From contig CAVTNB010000001.1 in assembly GCA_963736005.1 (NCBI GenBank), forward strand, positions 96,001 through 160,000: a stretch of DNA of 64,000 bases. Direction: 5' to 3'. The DNA comes from an uncultured Pseudomonadota bacterium (GTDB taxonomy: Bacteria; Vulcanimicrobiota; Vulcanimicrobiia; Eremiobacterales; Eremiobacteraceae). The notes under the pieces were generated by a model. It was not told where the DNA came from. It saw only the letters and a program-made list of their open reading frames with translations, and did not search any database. Shown here piece by piece: positions 29,557-39,411 of this stretch (positions are counted from its first letter, which is position 1; every line of letters begins with the position of its first letter). The position numbers and the translations under genes are program-made.

Positions 29557-29598
29557 AGCGGATCTAAAGATCCGCTGCTACGTAGGGCGATTTTCTAC
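29557..29598 (-). repeat. REP-like class A copy plus degenerate class B remnant
   Basis: Reverse complement GTAGCAGCGGATCTTTAGATCCGCT, with a compensatory stem change relative to the other copies. Confidence 0.8.
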
Positions 29599-29622
29599 AG
29601 GGATTTCGAAACGAAGCGATTT

Positions 29623-30591
29623 TCAAAGCTCAGCTGCGACGGCGAAGGGTGTGCAATCCAGTGCGTCGATGGCGCAGGCCGCATGCTCGCCCATTGTGAC
29701 TATCTCATAGTCAGCCGCAAGCAGGTCGAGTGCGCCGGCGACGAGCTCAAGTTTGCGCTCGCTTGACATGTTCATCGCAGGGAAGAAGGACAGCGATTGG
29801 TTATCCTCTCGCCCGAGAAAATCAAGCGGGTGCAAGAGCAGCGAAGGTGTCGTGGCGGTCAATTTGCATAAGGCCAGCGCGCTGCGGAAGTAGCCCAGCG
29901 CCAACTGATGAGAAAAACCAGCGAGATAGAGGAGATAGCTGACATGCATCGGCAGGCGGGAACCTGGCATCGTCGTCACGGGTATTTCCAACAGTTCGTC
30001 GCCATCAAACCTAAAGCGATAAGGCCGATTCGGGCGGAAACCGTCGGCGATCGACCCGAACAGGGCGCGTCGTCGGCGCAGTTCGGCGCCTTTTAAGTTG
30101 CTGCGCATGAAGTAGTACGCGCGCGCGAGCGGACCGATGAACGTCGGGAACGTGGATGCGTCATATCGATAACCCCGCTTGCACAGCGTTCGCAGCAAGG
30201 CGGGCGAGCAAGAAAAACCAGGACCGCGAAAGCCGATGGGTCGCTGTCCAGTCGTTTTGGCGATCGACTCCTCAGCCAGCTCAACCTCGCGCTCGATGGC
30301 GGCGTCCGAGTACAGATTCAGCCAAGGTTCGTGATTGAAGGAATGATTGCCAATCTCGTGTCCAGCCGCAGCGATCGATCGCAACGCATCCTCGTTTTTT
30401 TCGAGCGCTGCATCTTGTCCAACGATGAAGAAGGTAATCTTGAGATTTCGCTGTTGGAAAAAATCGAGCACGCGAGGCACGATCCAGTGCAAGTACGATG
30501 GGAACGATGACCAGTTCGCGTCACCGTGGGTCTTCAGGTAGGTCCACTCATTGTCGAGGTCGAGCGAAAGGCTCGCGATCGGCTTAGGCAT
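29623..30591 (-). CDS. Polysaccharide deacetylase family protein
   Basis: SLDLDN, TFFIVG, HEIGNHSFNH, GFRGPG, LHPLDF. Confidence 0.9.
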   Translation of the reverse strand: MPKPIASLSLDLDNEWTYLKTHGDANWSSFPSYLHWIVPRVLDFFQQRNLKITFFIVGQDAALEKNEDALRSIAAAGHEIGNHSFNHEPWLNLYSDAAIEREVELAEESIAKTTGQRPIGFRGPGFSCSPALLRTLCKRGYRYDASTFPTFIGPLARAYYFMRSNLKGAELRRRRALFGSIADGFRPNRPYRFRFDGDELLEIPVTTMPGSRLPMHVSYLLYLAGFSHQLALGYFRSALALCKLTATTPSLLLHPLDFLGREDNQSLSFFPAMNMSSERKLELVAGALDLLAADYEIVTMGEHAACAIDALDCTPFAVAAEL

Positions 30592-31957
30592 TGGTTTGAA
30601 CCGCGACGGGGCGATTTTCCAATCGCCCCCTACAGTCGCCCGCTACGGGTCGGCATAAGGTGGTGGCTGCGCTGTTTGCGAGACGAACGGTCTCGTTGAC
30701 GTTGAGCGTGCCGTTGACGATATGGGCAGAGTTGACGATCGAAATGCCCGGCACGGACGTTTGCATCGGCGGCAAGCGCTTGGAATAGCCCAACGTGGAA
30801 ATGGGCAAGACGTAGCGCACGCGCGAGATGCGGAAACTGAGCACGTCCTCTCGAGAGAAACCTGGATACATGCGCTCGAGCGCGCGCACGAAATTCGTCT
30901 CGATCTGCTCGTCGGCTAGAGCAAACGCCGGGTCGTCAGAGGCAAGGTACTTGGGAAGATAGACAAGCGAGTTGCCGCCGAATTGGGCTCGGTCCACCAG
31001 CGCCGACATCTCGATAACCGCTGTGAAGGGTACCCACCCATCGGTGATGTTCGTGACGTAAAAGCCTAAGAGGGGCCGCCGGAGCAACAGCGATGCACAG
31101 ACGATTCCCTGGTACTTGACGCCGTGAAGTCGACGGAGTTCGTCGTCATTGAGTTGCGAGCACAGGGCCGCGGCAAGTGGCGCAGCGACGGTTATAATGG
31201 CGCGATCGAAAAGTTCCTCTCGGCCGTCAGCAAACGCAACCGCAACGCCCGCCTCGTTGCACGCACGAACACGGGCCACAGGTGTGCCGACCTCGAGGCG
31301 AACCCCTTCGACCCGCAGCTTGTGCTCGAAGCTCTCGAGCACTCGCGCGTACCCGCCCGGCACGTAACCGAACTGCTCCCGCTTGAGGCCGGAACGCCGC
31401 GCGGCATACATGCGCGCAATAACCGCCCAGATGAAAGCGGCGGACGTCACGCGATAGTTTTCGCCGAGCTTGGCGCGCAAGAGTGGCAGCCAGATCTTTT
31501 CAAACGTTCTTTGTCCGGAGAGACGCACCAGCCAGTCGCTAACTGAAATATCCTCAAGCTCTTCCCAACGCCGCACTCGAGATGCGTGCAGGATCGTCGC
31601 GGCGAGCCGCGCTTTGTCGACGAGATCGAGTGGCGCAAAGGCGATAAACTCTGGCACGTTCGACATGGAATGGAAAGCGCCGTCGGTATAAAAGCCGGTC
31701 CTTGTCGTCACCCATTGCAGCTCGCGCTCGAGCTCGAGTTCGCCGAGCAGCGAGCGCAATTCGGTGTCGGAAGAAAGCGTGACGTGGTAGTGGCGATCCC
31801 AGGTGATGTCACCGAGGCGCCACGCGCTTGCAAGGCCACCAAGATTCTGGGCGGCCTCGATGAGGGTCACATCCCTTCCTGCGAGGCGCAAGCGGTGGGC
31901 CAGCGTCATCCCCAGCATGCCGGCGCCGACAATAGCGCACCGCTCGCGCGCGGCCAT
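30584..31957 (-). CDS. FAD-dependent oxidoreductase (amine oxidase/HemY-like family)
   Basis: IVGAGMLG..EAA..LGGLA..WDRHYH; TAATG coupling with the upstream gene. Confidence 0.88.
   Translation of the reverse strand: MAARERCAIVGAGMLGMTLAHRLRLAGRDVTLIEAAQNLGGLASAWRLGDITWDRHYHVTLSSDTELRSLLGELELERELQWVTTRTGFYTDGAFHSMSNVPEFIAFAPLDLVDKARLAATILHASRVRRWEELEDISVSDWLVRLSGQRTFEKIWLPLLRAKLGENYRVTSAAFIWAVIARMYAARRSGLKREQFGYVPGGYARVLESFEHKLRVEGVRLEVGTPVARVRACNEAGVAVAFADGREELFDRAIITVAAPLAAALCSQLNDDELRRLHGVKYQGIVCASLLLRRPLLGFYVTNITDGWVPFTAVIEMSALVDRAQFGGNSLVYLPKYLASDDPAFALADEQIETNFVRALERMYPGFSREDVLSFRISRVRYVLPISTLGYSKRLPPMQTSVPGISIVNSAHIVNGTLNVNETVRLANSAATTLCRPVAGDCRGRLENRPVAVQTNA
30608..30633 (-). repeat. 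REP-like class B copy inside the 3' end of a CDS
   Basis: Reverse complement GTAGGGGGCGATTGGAAAATCGCCCC. Confidence 0.8.
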
Positions 31958-32601
31958 TAGCGGGTTCGCATGGGGAGTGGTGGTGGCGTAAGTTCGTGCA
32001 CCGTGCCGACGTCGATCGAGTAGGCAAGTCCGCACGCGACGCACGTTGTGATACGCGGCTTGGTCGTCTGCCCGTTTTGATAGCGCATGAGGACGTAACC
32101 GCAACGACAAACATAGCCGGCAAATTGCGCCGGGTGTCCGATGACGAGGTGAAAATCGGGGACTGGCCGGGTCACGACGGAGCCCATGCCAACCATCGCA
32201 AAGCGGCCAATGGTCAGGTCGCACCCAATCACGCAGCGAGCGCCAATGGTTGCGCCCTCGCGCACGAGCGTCCGTCTGGTGTGCTCGTCGGGTTCGGAGC
32301 TTCGCAATTCACGTAAGTCCGACGTCGTCGCGCGCGGGGTACGATCGTTGGTGAAGATAGTTCCCGCGCTCACCATCACGCCGTCCTCTAACGTGACGCC
32401 AGGGCAAATGAACACAAATGAATTGATCTTGACGCGATTGCCGATCGCAACGTCGTACGAAATGTGGCTCTTTCCGCCGACGATGCATTCCTGGCCGAGC
32501 CGCGCGCCATGCCGAATGTGCGCGTGGTCCCACACGGCCGTGCCGGCCCCGATAGTGGCGCCATCTTCAACGATCGCGGTGGGGTGAATTCTCGTGTCCA
32601 T
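31957..32601 (-). CDS. Hexapeptide-repeat sugar N-acetyltransferase (WbpD-like) with C-terminal Cys motifs
   Basis: IHPTAIVEDGATIG, FTNDRTPR, CRCG..CVACG. Confidence 0.88.
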   Translation of the reverse strand: MDTRIHPTAIVEDGATIGAGTAVWDHAHIRHGARLGQECIVGGKSHISYDVAIGNRVKINSFVFICPGVTLEDGVMVSAGTIFTNDRTPRATTSDLRELRSSEPDEHTRRTLVREGATIGARCVIGCDLTIGRFAMVGMGSVVTRPVPDFHLVIGHPAQFAGYVCRCGYVLMRYQNGQTTKPRITTCVACGLAYSIDVGTVHELTPPPLPMRTR

Positions 32602-32603
32602 GC

Positions 32604-33644
32604 CTAGCCCGCCGCCGCGCTGATCGGTACGAGCTCAGGAATGGCCACATCGCCGCCTTCGTGGCCATCGACACTCACCCAACGATCGCAGCGTAACGAG
32701 CGATACGCCGCCGCGATCGCTTGTACCGATGCAAGCCCATCCTCTGGCGTGATGAGCAATTCTTCTTCGCCCTGCAGCGAGCGGCAAAAGTTGTCGAGTT
32801 GGGCAGACAAGGCCTCGTGTTTGTCGTACCCGCTACCGAAGCTGATCCACGTTGCTTTGCTTCCGTGCCGGTAGCGGGAGCGCGCCCAACCAAGACTGAT
32901 CGCACCATCGGTTCCATACACTCGCACGTAGTTCTCGCTCGAGAGGTTGCAACTCCACGAGAGGTCGATGCTCCCGAGCACGCCGGCGGCAGTACGGGCG
33001 ACCACGTGCGCGGTATCTTCGACAGCCAATTGCTGCACGCGCGCTCCCTCGTAGGCGGCGATTGCCGTGATCGGACCGCACAGATACCGGAAAATGTCGA
33101 CCGAGTGCGTACCATTGTCGATGATGACTCCGCCACCGGACATAGCGGGATTGGCGTGCCACCGTCCGGCCATTTTCACGCCAGAGGCAAAGGCGTTTTC
33201 AAACGCGAGCACTTCGCCCAAAAGGCCAGCGGAGATAAACGCCTTGGCCTGAATGACATCGCCGACGTATCGAAACTTCGATGCCATCGCGAGCTTGACG
33301 CCCACACGGTCGGCGACATGGAGCATGCGTCGAGCGCTCGCCACGTCGATGCTCAACGGCTTTTCACACAGGACATGAACGCCGCAGCGCAAGAGTTCGA
33401 GGGCGATCGGTGCATGCGTTGCGGGAGGCGTGCAGACGAGCGCGGCATCAAATCCGCCCGCACGCAAGAGCGAATGATGCGAGTCAAAAACGCGACAACC
33501 AAAAACATCCGCGATGCGAGCAGCTGCTTCCAGGTTCGTGTCGGCAACAGCCACGAGTTCTGCAGTGTCGCTTGTCTCCAACACACTCGAGTAGGCCTGG
33601 GAGATCCAGCCGGCGCCAAGCAGGGCAATGCGAACTTTCTGCAT
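32604..33644 (-). CDS. Gfo/Idh/MocA oxidoreductase
   Basis: GAGWIS, HVLCEKP, GGGVIIDNGTHSVD. Confidence 0.92.
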   Translation of the reverse strand: MQKVRIALLGAGWISQAYSSVLETSDTAELVAVADTNLEAAARIADVFGCRVFDSHHSLLRAGGFDAALVCTPPATHAPIALELLRCGVHVLCEKPLSIDVASARRMLHVADRVGVKLAMASKFRYVGDVIQAKAFISAGLLGEVLAFENAFASGVKMAGRWHANPAMSGGGVIIDNGTHSVDIFRYLCGPITAIAAYEGARVQQLAVEDTAHVVARTAAGVLGSIDLSWSCNLSSENYVRVYGTDGAISLGWARSRYRHGSKATWISFGSGYDKHEALSAQLDNFCRSLQGEEELLITPEDGLASVQAIAAAYRSLRCDRWVSVDGHEGGDVAIPELVPISAAAG

Positions 33645-33647
33645 GCG

Positions 33648-34880
33648 CTATTGTCCAGCCGCGGCGACCGCGTCGCGAACCATGGCCGCGATGTAGTCGA
33701 TGTGTTCGTCTGTGTAGCGATCGTTCCACGGTATGACGATGATGCGCTCCAACGCCGCGTATGCGCCCGGGAAACGTTCGGGCGAGTAGTCGAGGGCCTC
33801 TGGGCGCGCAAGCGTGAACGGGTATCCACTATCGCCGAACGTGCGCCGCTGCGCAAACACCGCACAGGTGAAGGCTGGCTTTTGAATGTAGCGCGGGACG
33901 GCGGCGATGCCGCGATCGCGTAAGTACTTGGCAATGGGGCCGACCCCACAGGAGAGCCTGCTTGAGTCCACCCCAAGGCAATACTTCCAGTAGACGTGAC
34001 GGCTTTGCTCGCGCACGAGGGGGGTCTCAATACCAGGCTGGCGGCGCAATTGGCTTGTGAGCTTGTTTGCAAGCGACACGCGTCGAATGACCGCCCCGCT
34101 GAGCTTGTCGAGTTGGGCCACCCCGACCGCACCTGTGAGCTCGTTCATGCGATAGTTGAGGGCGAGGAAGTAGTGATCGGGGTGCTCGTCGCCATAGCCC
34201 CACGCCTTATTAATGAAGAGTTCCATTCGGCGCGCGAGCACCGGATCGTCAGTGACGACGAGGCCCCCCTCGCCGGTCGTGACATGTTTGCCCTGTTGCA
34301 GGCTGAAGCAACCGATCGTGCCGATGGTGCCCACCGTTCGACCGCGGTCGCTCGCTAGGAAGGCCTGCGCGCAATCTTCGATGACCGGAATATTGCGCTC
34401 GGCGGCCAGCGCGACGATGTCTTCCATGTCAACGGGATTGCCAAAAAGGTGCGTGACCACAATTGCCTTCGTGCGATCGCTCAGACGGTCACGGATCGTC
34501 CCGGCCGTGAGGTTGCACGTGTGCTCGTCGACGTCAGCGAAAACCGGAATCGCCCCCTGATACAAGATGGGTGCGAGTGCACCCATGTCGGTAATGGGCG
34601 AGGTAACGATTTCGTCGCCAGGATTTGGGTTGATCGCGGCAATTGCGCAGTGCATCGCGGCGGTGCCAGAGGCGCACGCCGAAGCATACCCAACGTCGAG
34701 GAGTTCGGCGAAATTTGCTTCCAGAGTCTTGACGAATCTGCCCTTCGTGCTCGTGAGCGTGCCACTGAAGATCGCCTCGCTCAGGAGGGCGAGCTCCCTT
34801 CTTCCCAGACTGCGCCCGGTGGCATCTTGATCCGACGGCAACGTTAAAAAGGAGGATGTTTTTTCGACTGGGTTATGCAC
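33648..34880 (-). CDS. DegT/DnrJ/EryC1/StrS sugar aminotransferase
   Basis: SGTAAMH, IEDCAQA, FSLQQGKHVTTGEGG, NYRM. Confidence 0.93.
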   Translation of the reverse strand: MHNPVEKTSSFLTLPSDQDATGRSLGRRELALLSEAIFSGTLTSTKGRFVKTLEANFAELLDVGYASACASGTAAMHCAIAAINPNPGDEIVTSPITDMGALAPILYQGAIPVFADVDEHTCNLTAGTIRDRLSDRTKAIVVTHLFGNPVDMEDIVALAAERNIPVIEDCAQAFLASDRGRTVGTIGTIGCFSLQQGKHVTTGEGGLVVTDDPVLARRMELFINKAWGYGDEHPDHYFLALNYRMNELTGAVGVAQLDKLSGAVIRRVSLANKLTSQLRRQPGIETPLVREQSRHVYWKYCLGVDSSRLSCGVGPIAKYLRDRGIAAVPRYIQKPAFTCAVFAQRRTFGDSGYPFTLARPEALDYSPERFPGAYAALERIIVIPWNDRYTDEHIDYIAAMVRDAVAAAGQ

Positions 34881-35847
34881 TCGATTCAGTTCTGCTTCCT
34901 GTTTGCAAAGGCAAAGTGGTGGGTGGCTTGCGGCGCAGCTGGGTGATATAGGTCCCGGTCAAGACGCCGAGAAATGCCAAACTCGCGAGCTGCACGGCGA
35001 GCGTTATCATCGTCGCTTCGATCGCAATCGTGCGCGAGGAATGGAAGAACGCAAGACTCGCGGCGAGGAGAGGCCAGATACCTGGGACCAGAGCGGGTAG
35101 GACAAAAATCATGGATGGCCGGAACCGGAGCCCGGCCATCATGACGGACCAGGAATGTGATACGACTTTCATGCTCGAGCGGCGTAAACTCGCGCCTGTG
35201 GGCGCGGATCTCCACTGGAGTCGCGCCGGAATTTCCAAAACGGGAAGCCCGAGCCGCAGGGCTGCAAAAACGACCTCGTAGTTGAAATCCATGTGCGCGA
35301 CCGAAACGTTAAGTTTGCGCAACGCGGCGGCGTTGTACGCGCGCACCATGCCGGTGAGCGTTGCGAGTTGGCCGCCGGTTGCAACCGACAAATAACGATT
35401 CGCCCATGCGGAGAGGATCTTGCGCGTCCAAGGAACGTTGACAACCATGCCACCGCGCATATACGGAGAGGTCAACACCATGGCTGCGTTTGTCTGTTCG
35501 AGCGCGCGAAGCATAAGATCGATGTGATAGGGCGCGTACGACAGATCGACGTCGAGCGTGACCACGAGATCGCCGCGCGCATGATGGAAACCGGTTTGCA
35601 GTGCGGCGCTCAAACCTTGGTTGCGAAGATGGTGTACCACCGTGACGTTTGGGTGGCTGCGAGCGAAAGCCTCAGCTATGGCGCCCGACTCGTCCGCGCT
35701 ACCATCGTTGACCACGATGATTTCATATGGATGCTTGGGCTCGAGCGCGCTCACGTGACGGTAAAGCTCGCCAAGGTTGCCGGCGATGATGGCAGCCTCG
35801 TTAAACGCTGGGACAATATAAGATACTAGCGGCTTTGTTTGGCTCAT
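34873..35847 (-). CDS. GT2 glycosyltransferase with C-terminal TM helices (ArnC/GtrB/Dpm1-like)
   Basis: VPAFNE, VNDGSAD, LDVDL and two hydrophobic C-terminal segments. Confidence 0.9.
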   Translation of the reverse strand: MSQTKPLVSYIVPAFNEAAIIAGNLGELYRHVSALEPKHPYEIIVVNDGSADESGAIAEAFARSHPNVTVVHHLRNQGLSAALQTGFHHARGDLVVTLDVDLSYAPYHIDLMLRALEQTNAAMVLTSPYMRGGMVVNVPWTRKILSAWANRYLSVATGGQLATLTGMVRAYNAAALRKLNVSVAHMDFNYEVVFAALRLGLPVLEIPARLQWRSAPTGASLRRSSMKVVSHSWSVMMAGLRFRPSMIFVLPALVPGIWPLLAASLAFFHSSRTIAIEATMITLAVQLASLAFLGVLTGTYITQLRRKPPTTLPLQTGSRTESSA

Positions 35848-36056
35848 AAATAGACTGGTCCGTCGAGTCCAGTGTACCGCCGTGAGCCCCGTCACGGCGA
35901 GAGCAAAACAGCAACGACAAGGCCGCCCAGCGCCTCAAGCGCCAGCCCCCGCGATGAGGCCGAAAGGCCCCGCTAGCTAGGGTCCTGGGAACCCAAGGCG
36001 ATTTGCCTCCCGCCTGCCGATAATTGTGTTACCTCCGTCACGGGAAAAGGAAGGCC

Positions 36057-36897
36057 ATGGCACACGCGCTTTGGACAGGGTCCATTAACTTTGGGCTCGT
36101 CAACATACCGGTCAAACTCTTCACCGCGGTGCGCGGAAACGATCTCTCGTTTCGTTTTTTACACAAGAAAGATAAGGGACGCATCAACAACGTTCGCACG
36201 TGCAGCGAGTGCAACAAGAAGGTTCCCTGGGATGAGATCGAGCGTGGTTATGAGATCGAGAAGGGTCAGTACGTTGTTCTGACCGATGAAGACTTCAAGC
36301 GCGTGAACGTGGAGGCGACGCAGTCTGTCGATATCGTCCAGTTTGTCAATCAAAAAGAAATCGACCCGATCCTCTACGACACCCCGTATTATCTCGAGCC
36401 CGAAAAGAAGGGGCGCCACGCGTACGCCCTCCTTCGCGAGGCTCTCAAGAAATCGGGCAAAGTGGGTGTGGCGCGAGTCGTCATCAGGACTCGCGAGCAT
36501 TTGGCGGCCGTGCGTCCGCAAGGCAATGCAATCGTGCTGGAGACAATGCACTATGCAGACGAGATCGTGCCGGTCGACCAATTCGATCTTCCGCCCGCGA
36601 AAAGAAAAGACGCCGGCGACCGAGATGAAGGCGGCGCTGATGTTGATCGACACCATGGCGGAGAAGTTCAACCCGCAGGCCTTCCATGACGAATACAAAG
36701 ACCAGCTCTTGACGATGATCAAAGCACGCGCACGCGGTAAAACGTTGCCGAAGACAACCGCGAAAGCTCACGAACCGACCAATGTTGTTAACATCATGGA
36801 CGTTTTGCAACGCAGCTTGAGCGAACGGCGCACCAAGGTCACGTCGGCTTCGAAGAACGGTCGGAAAAAAAGCCGTCGCCTTGTCGCAGTAGGCTAG
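36057..36897 (+). CDS. ku: NHEJ Ku protein, apparent +1 frameshift in the A-run at ~36600
   Basis: WTGSINFGLVNIPVKL, YYLEP, YALLREAL; C-terminal FHDEYKDQL..VVNIMDVLQRSL in a second frame. Confidence 0.92.
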
Positions 36898-36985
36898 GCG
36901 AACCGGCGTTCGATTTTCGGGTCCAAACGAGAAGGCATCAGGGCTTCCTCGCTCGAACGTGCGTTCGAGGCGGAGGTGCTAAGGA

Positions 36986-37342
36986 ATGCCTTCCTTTCAG
37001 CTTTGGAAAGAGCGCGACGCTGCGTTGAAGTGGCATCTGTCCACGTCCATCGCGGAGTCGAAACAATTAAGCCGAATCGAGCGTCGCGTTCTCTTGTTCC
37101 TGTTTGCGTATTACGATCGAGAGCACGTCCGCATCGATTATCCTGGCCACCAAAGCTTTTCCACGCGACACCACATCCCGCCCGAGCAGTTGCAGAGCGC
37201 CCTGCTGTCGCTTGAGCGTGCAGGCTTTGTGATGCCGCAACCTTCGCCTTCGAACCTGTGCGCCTATCTCCCAAATGCCCTGCTCCTTGCCGAAGCCTAC
37301 GAACGAGCAAAGCAGGCGAGTCCAGAGCTTTTTATCGCTTAG
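36986..37342 (+). CDS. Hypothetical winged-helix-like protein
   Basis: LSRIERRVLLFL..LQSALLSLERAGFV pattern; RBS upstream. Confidence 0.6.
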   Translation: MPSFQLWKERDAALKWHLSTSIAESKQLSRIERRVLLFLFAYYDREHVRIDYPGHQSFSTRHHIPPEQLQSALLSLERAGFVMPQPSPSNLCAYLPNALLLAEAYERAKQASPELFIA

Positions 37343-38300
37343 GCTTTTCGCGCACGACGTCGCGTGCGTTCTTGTCGTTGCGCAAACCAAGAAACACCGG
37401 TTGGCGCATGAGCCCGTCGGCAGTCCATTCTCCAAACTTCACTTCCGCGACGAGGACCGGTCGCACCCAATGGCTGGCAGCGTTGGATTTGGGCGCGGTC
37501 GCGAACGGACAACGCTTTGTCTCGAGCGGACGTAGTTTCTTCATGACTTGCGCAAGCAAGGCGCGGTCGAATCCTGTGCCAACATGTCCGACGTACACAA
37601 GTTGTCCTCGATCGTAGAGGCCGAGGAGCAACGCGCCGAAGTCTTCTCGCGAGCCGCGTGGCTCCGTCCAACCGGCTATGACCGCTTCCTGTTCGTGATG
37701 CGTCTTGATCTTGAGCCATAGCCGAGAGCGCCGTTCCACATAGGGCGCATCGCGACGCTTTGCCATGATGCCTTCGAGCGCGCGGCGCTTCGCGAGCGAA
37801 AATAACTGTTTGCCGCGGCCCACGACGTGCTTCGAAAACATGACGTGTGGCGCGTTCGCGTGCAGGATGCGCTCGAGCAATTCTTTTCGCTGTTCCAGTT
37901 GGTGCGTGCGCAGGTCGGTTTTGCCTGCGAAGATCAGGTCGAAGATGACGTACGTCGCTGGAATGGCGCGCTGAAGAGCTGGATCACTCGTGCGGCGGTT
38001 GAGTCGCGATTGGAGCCGCTGAAATGAGGAACGCCCGTAGCGGTCGAGCGACACGATCTCGCCGTCAACGACCACGGGCAATTGCGAAAAGCACGTCGCC
38101 AGCTTTGCGAACTCAGGAAACTGCACGAGCAAATCCTTGCCCGTGCGTGAATGCATCGTTGGGGGTTTGTTAGGGACGACCGTTGCAATCGCGCGGACGC
38201 CATCCCACTTGATTTCAAACAGCCATTCGTCATCGTCGAAAGGAGCATCGACGAGCGTCGCGAGCATGGGCTGGCGGATGACGGGCAGCCGGATCGCTAT
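37332..38300 (-). CDS. Stand-alone LigD ligase domain; start uncertain (ATA at 38300)
   Basis: PMLATL, FEIKWDGVRA, EGIMAKR, WLKIK, GHVGTGF, VAEVKF..MRQPVFLGLRNDK. Confidence 0.9.
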   Translation of the reverse strand: MAIRLPVIRQPMLATLVDAPFDDDEWLFEIKWDGVRAIATVVPNKPPTMHSRTGKDLLVQFPEFAKLATCFSQLPVVVDGEIVSLDRYGRSSFQRLQSRLNRRTSDPALQRAIPATYVIFDLIFAGKTDLRTHQLEQRKELLERILHANAPHVMFSKHVVGRGKQLFSLAKRRALEGIMAKRRDAPYVERRSRLWLKIKTHHEQEAVIAGWTEPRGSREDFGALLLGLYDRGQLVYVGHVGTGFDRALLAQVMKKLRPLETKRCPFATAPKSNAASHWVRPVLVAEVKFGEWTADGLMRQPVFLGLRNDKNARDVVREKPKR

Positions 38301-38935
38301 CGTCCTTTTGTCTTGCGATTGGAGATCCAACGAGCCGCATGATGGCTCTTGGCGAGATCGTCGAGCGTGCGCCCGCTCTTGACGGACTCATCGTGTCGTT
38401 CCGGATCCCAGCGTGGATCGGCGCCTGTATCTTTATCTTTGATCAGCAGCCAAGCGTTTTCAGATCCGTCGCGCGGCCGCATGCGGACGAGCGTAAACAT
38501 GCCCGTGAGCTTGCGGCCTCGCAGGATGAACTTGATCTTGCCTTTGTGAATCTCGGCGCTTGGGTTTTGACCCTCCGCCAAGCGATACGTGCCCCGATCC
38601 CAAACAATCACCTGACCCGCGCCGTAATTTCCGGGAGGTATGACCCCTTCGAAATCACGGTAATCAAGAGGATGATCTTCGACCTGCATAGCGAGGCGGC
38701 GATCAGCGGGGTTGAGCGTCGGCCCTTTCGGAACGGCCCACGACTTCAAAACGCCATCCGCCTCGAGGCGAAAATCGTAATGAAGCCGCGATGCTTTATG
38801 CTTTTGCACGACGAAGCGCAAAGCGCGACCGCGCGGTTGTTTTGCGCCTCGAGGTTCAGGCGTTTGGGTGAAATCGCGTTTAGCGGAGTAGCGGCGCAGC
38901 GAACCGCTTGCGGCTTTTGGCTTCTTTGGCGTCAT
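38297..38935 (-). CDS. Stand-alone LigD 3'-phosphoesterase domain
   Basis: KRDFTQTPEP, FVVQKHKASRLHYDFRLE, SWAVPKGP, EDHPLDY. Confidence 0.93.
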   Translation of the reverse strand: MTPKKPKAASGSLRRYSAKRDFTQTPEPRGAKQPRGRALRFVVQKHKASRLHYDFRLEADGVLKSWAVPKGPTLNPADRRLAMQVEDHPLDYRDFEGVIPPGNYGAGQVIVWDRGTYRLAEGQNPSAEIHKGKIKFILRGRKLTGMFTLVRMRPRDGSENAWLLIKDKDTGADPRWDPERHDESVKSGRTLDDLAKSHHAARWISNRKTKGR

Positions 38936-39411
38936 CTCGCCATCACAATTGCTGTCTTATTCGTTTAACCCCCTCCTACAAGTAAGGCAGGGGTCTGCAA
39001 ATGCTTGTAAGGGCGTCCCGCCAAATGTCGGCACGTCCATTTTATTCAGAAGCAATGTTGCCCGCTGATGCTAAGTTAGCGTGACTGATGCGAAGTCCGT
39101 GACCATTTAGTGACCACAATATGTCAACGGGAATTACAGCCCTTGGGATGCGTTCTCAATCGCCAGCGCTTACATCGAGGGTTGCGTTGACACGGTCCAT
39201 TTCATTAAAAGCAAACACTTTAGAATAAAACAGTCGCCGAAGAACCAACTGGCGGCGTTGAACGCCTACTTCGAGGCAACCGGCCTCGCGCACTGACAAA
39301 ATCCAAAAAAGTCCGAAGTTTCTTGGCCGATTTTTGCTGATGGGGGATTATCTGAGGCCCGACGGTGTATCAAGGCGAGGTTCCGACGCGTGAGCAGACG
39401 AAGCACGTCTA

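Noticed and set aside
29519..29622. Moco riboswitch upstream of moaA
   Set aside because: The short gap is largely occupied by a REP-like hairpin, and no riboswitch architecture is recognisable.
35951..35973. GATGAGGCCGAAAGGCC, identical to the textbook hammerhead ribozyme stem II region, upstream of ku
   Set aside because: Lacks the CU of CUGAUGA and the GAAA after stem II, and stems I/III are not evident. It is just a GNRA-capped hairpin.
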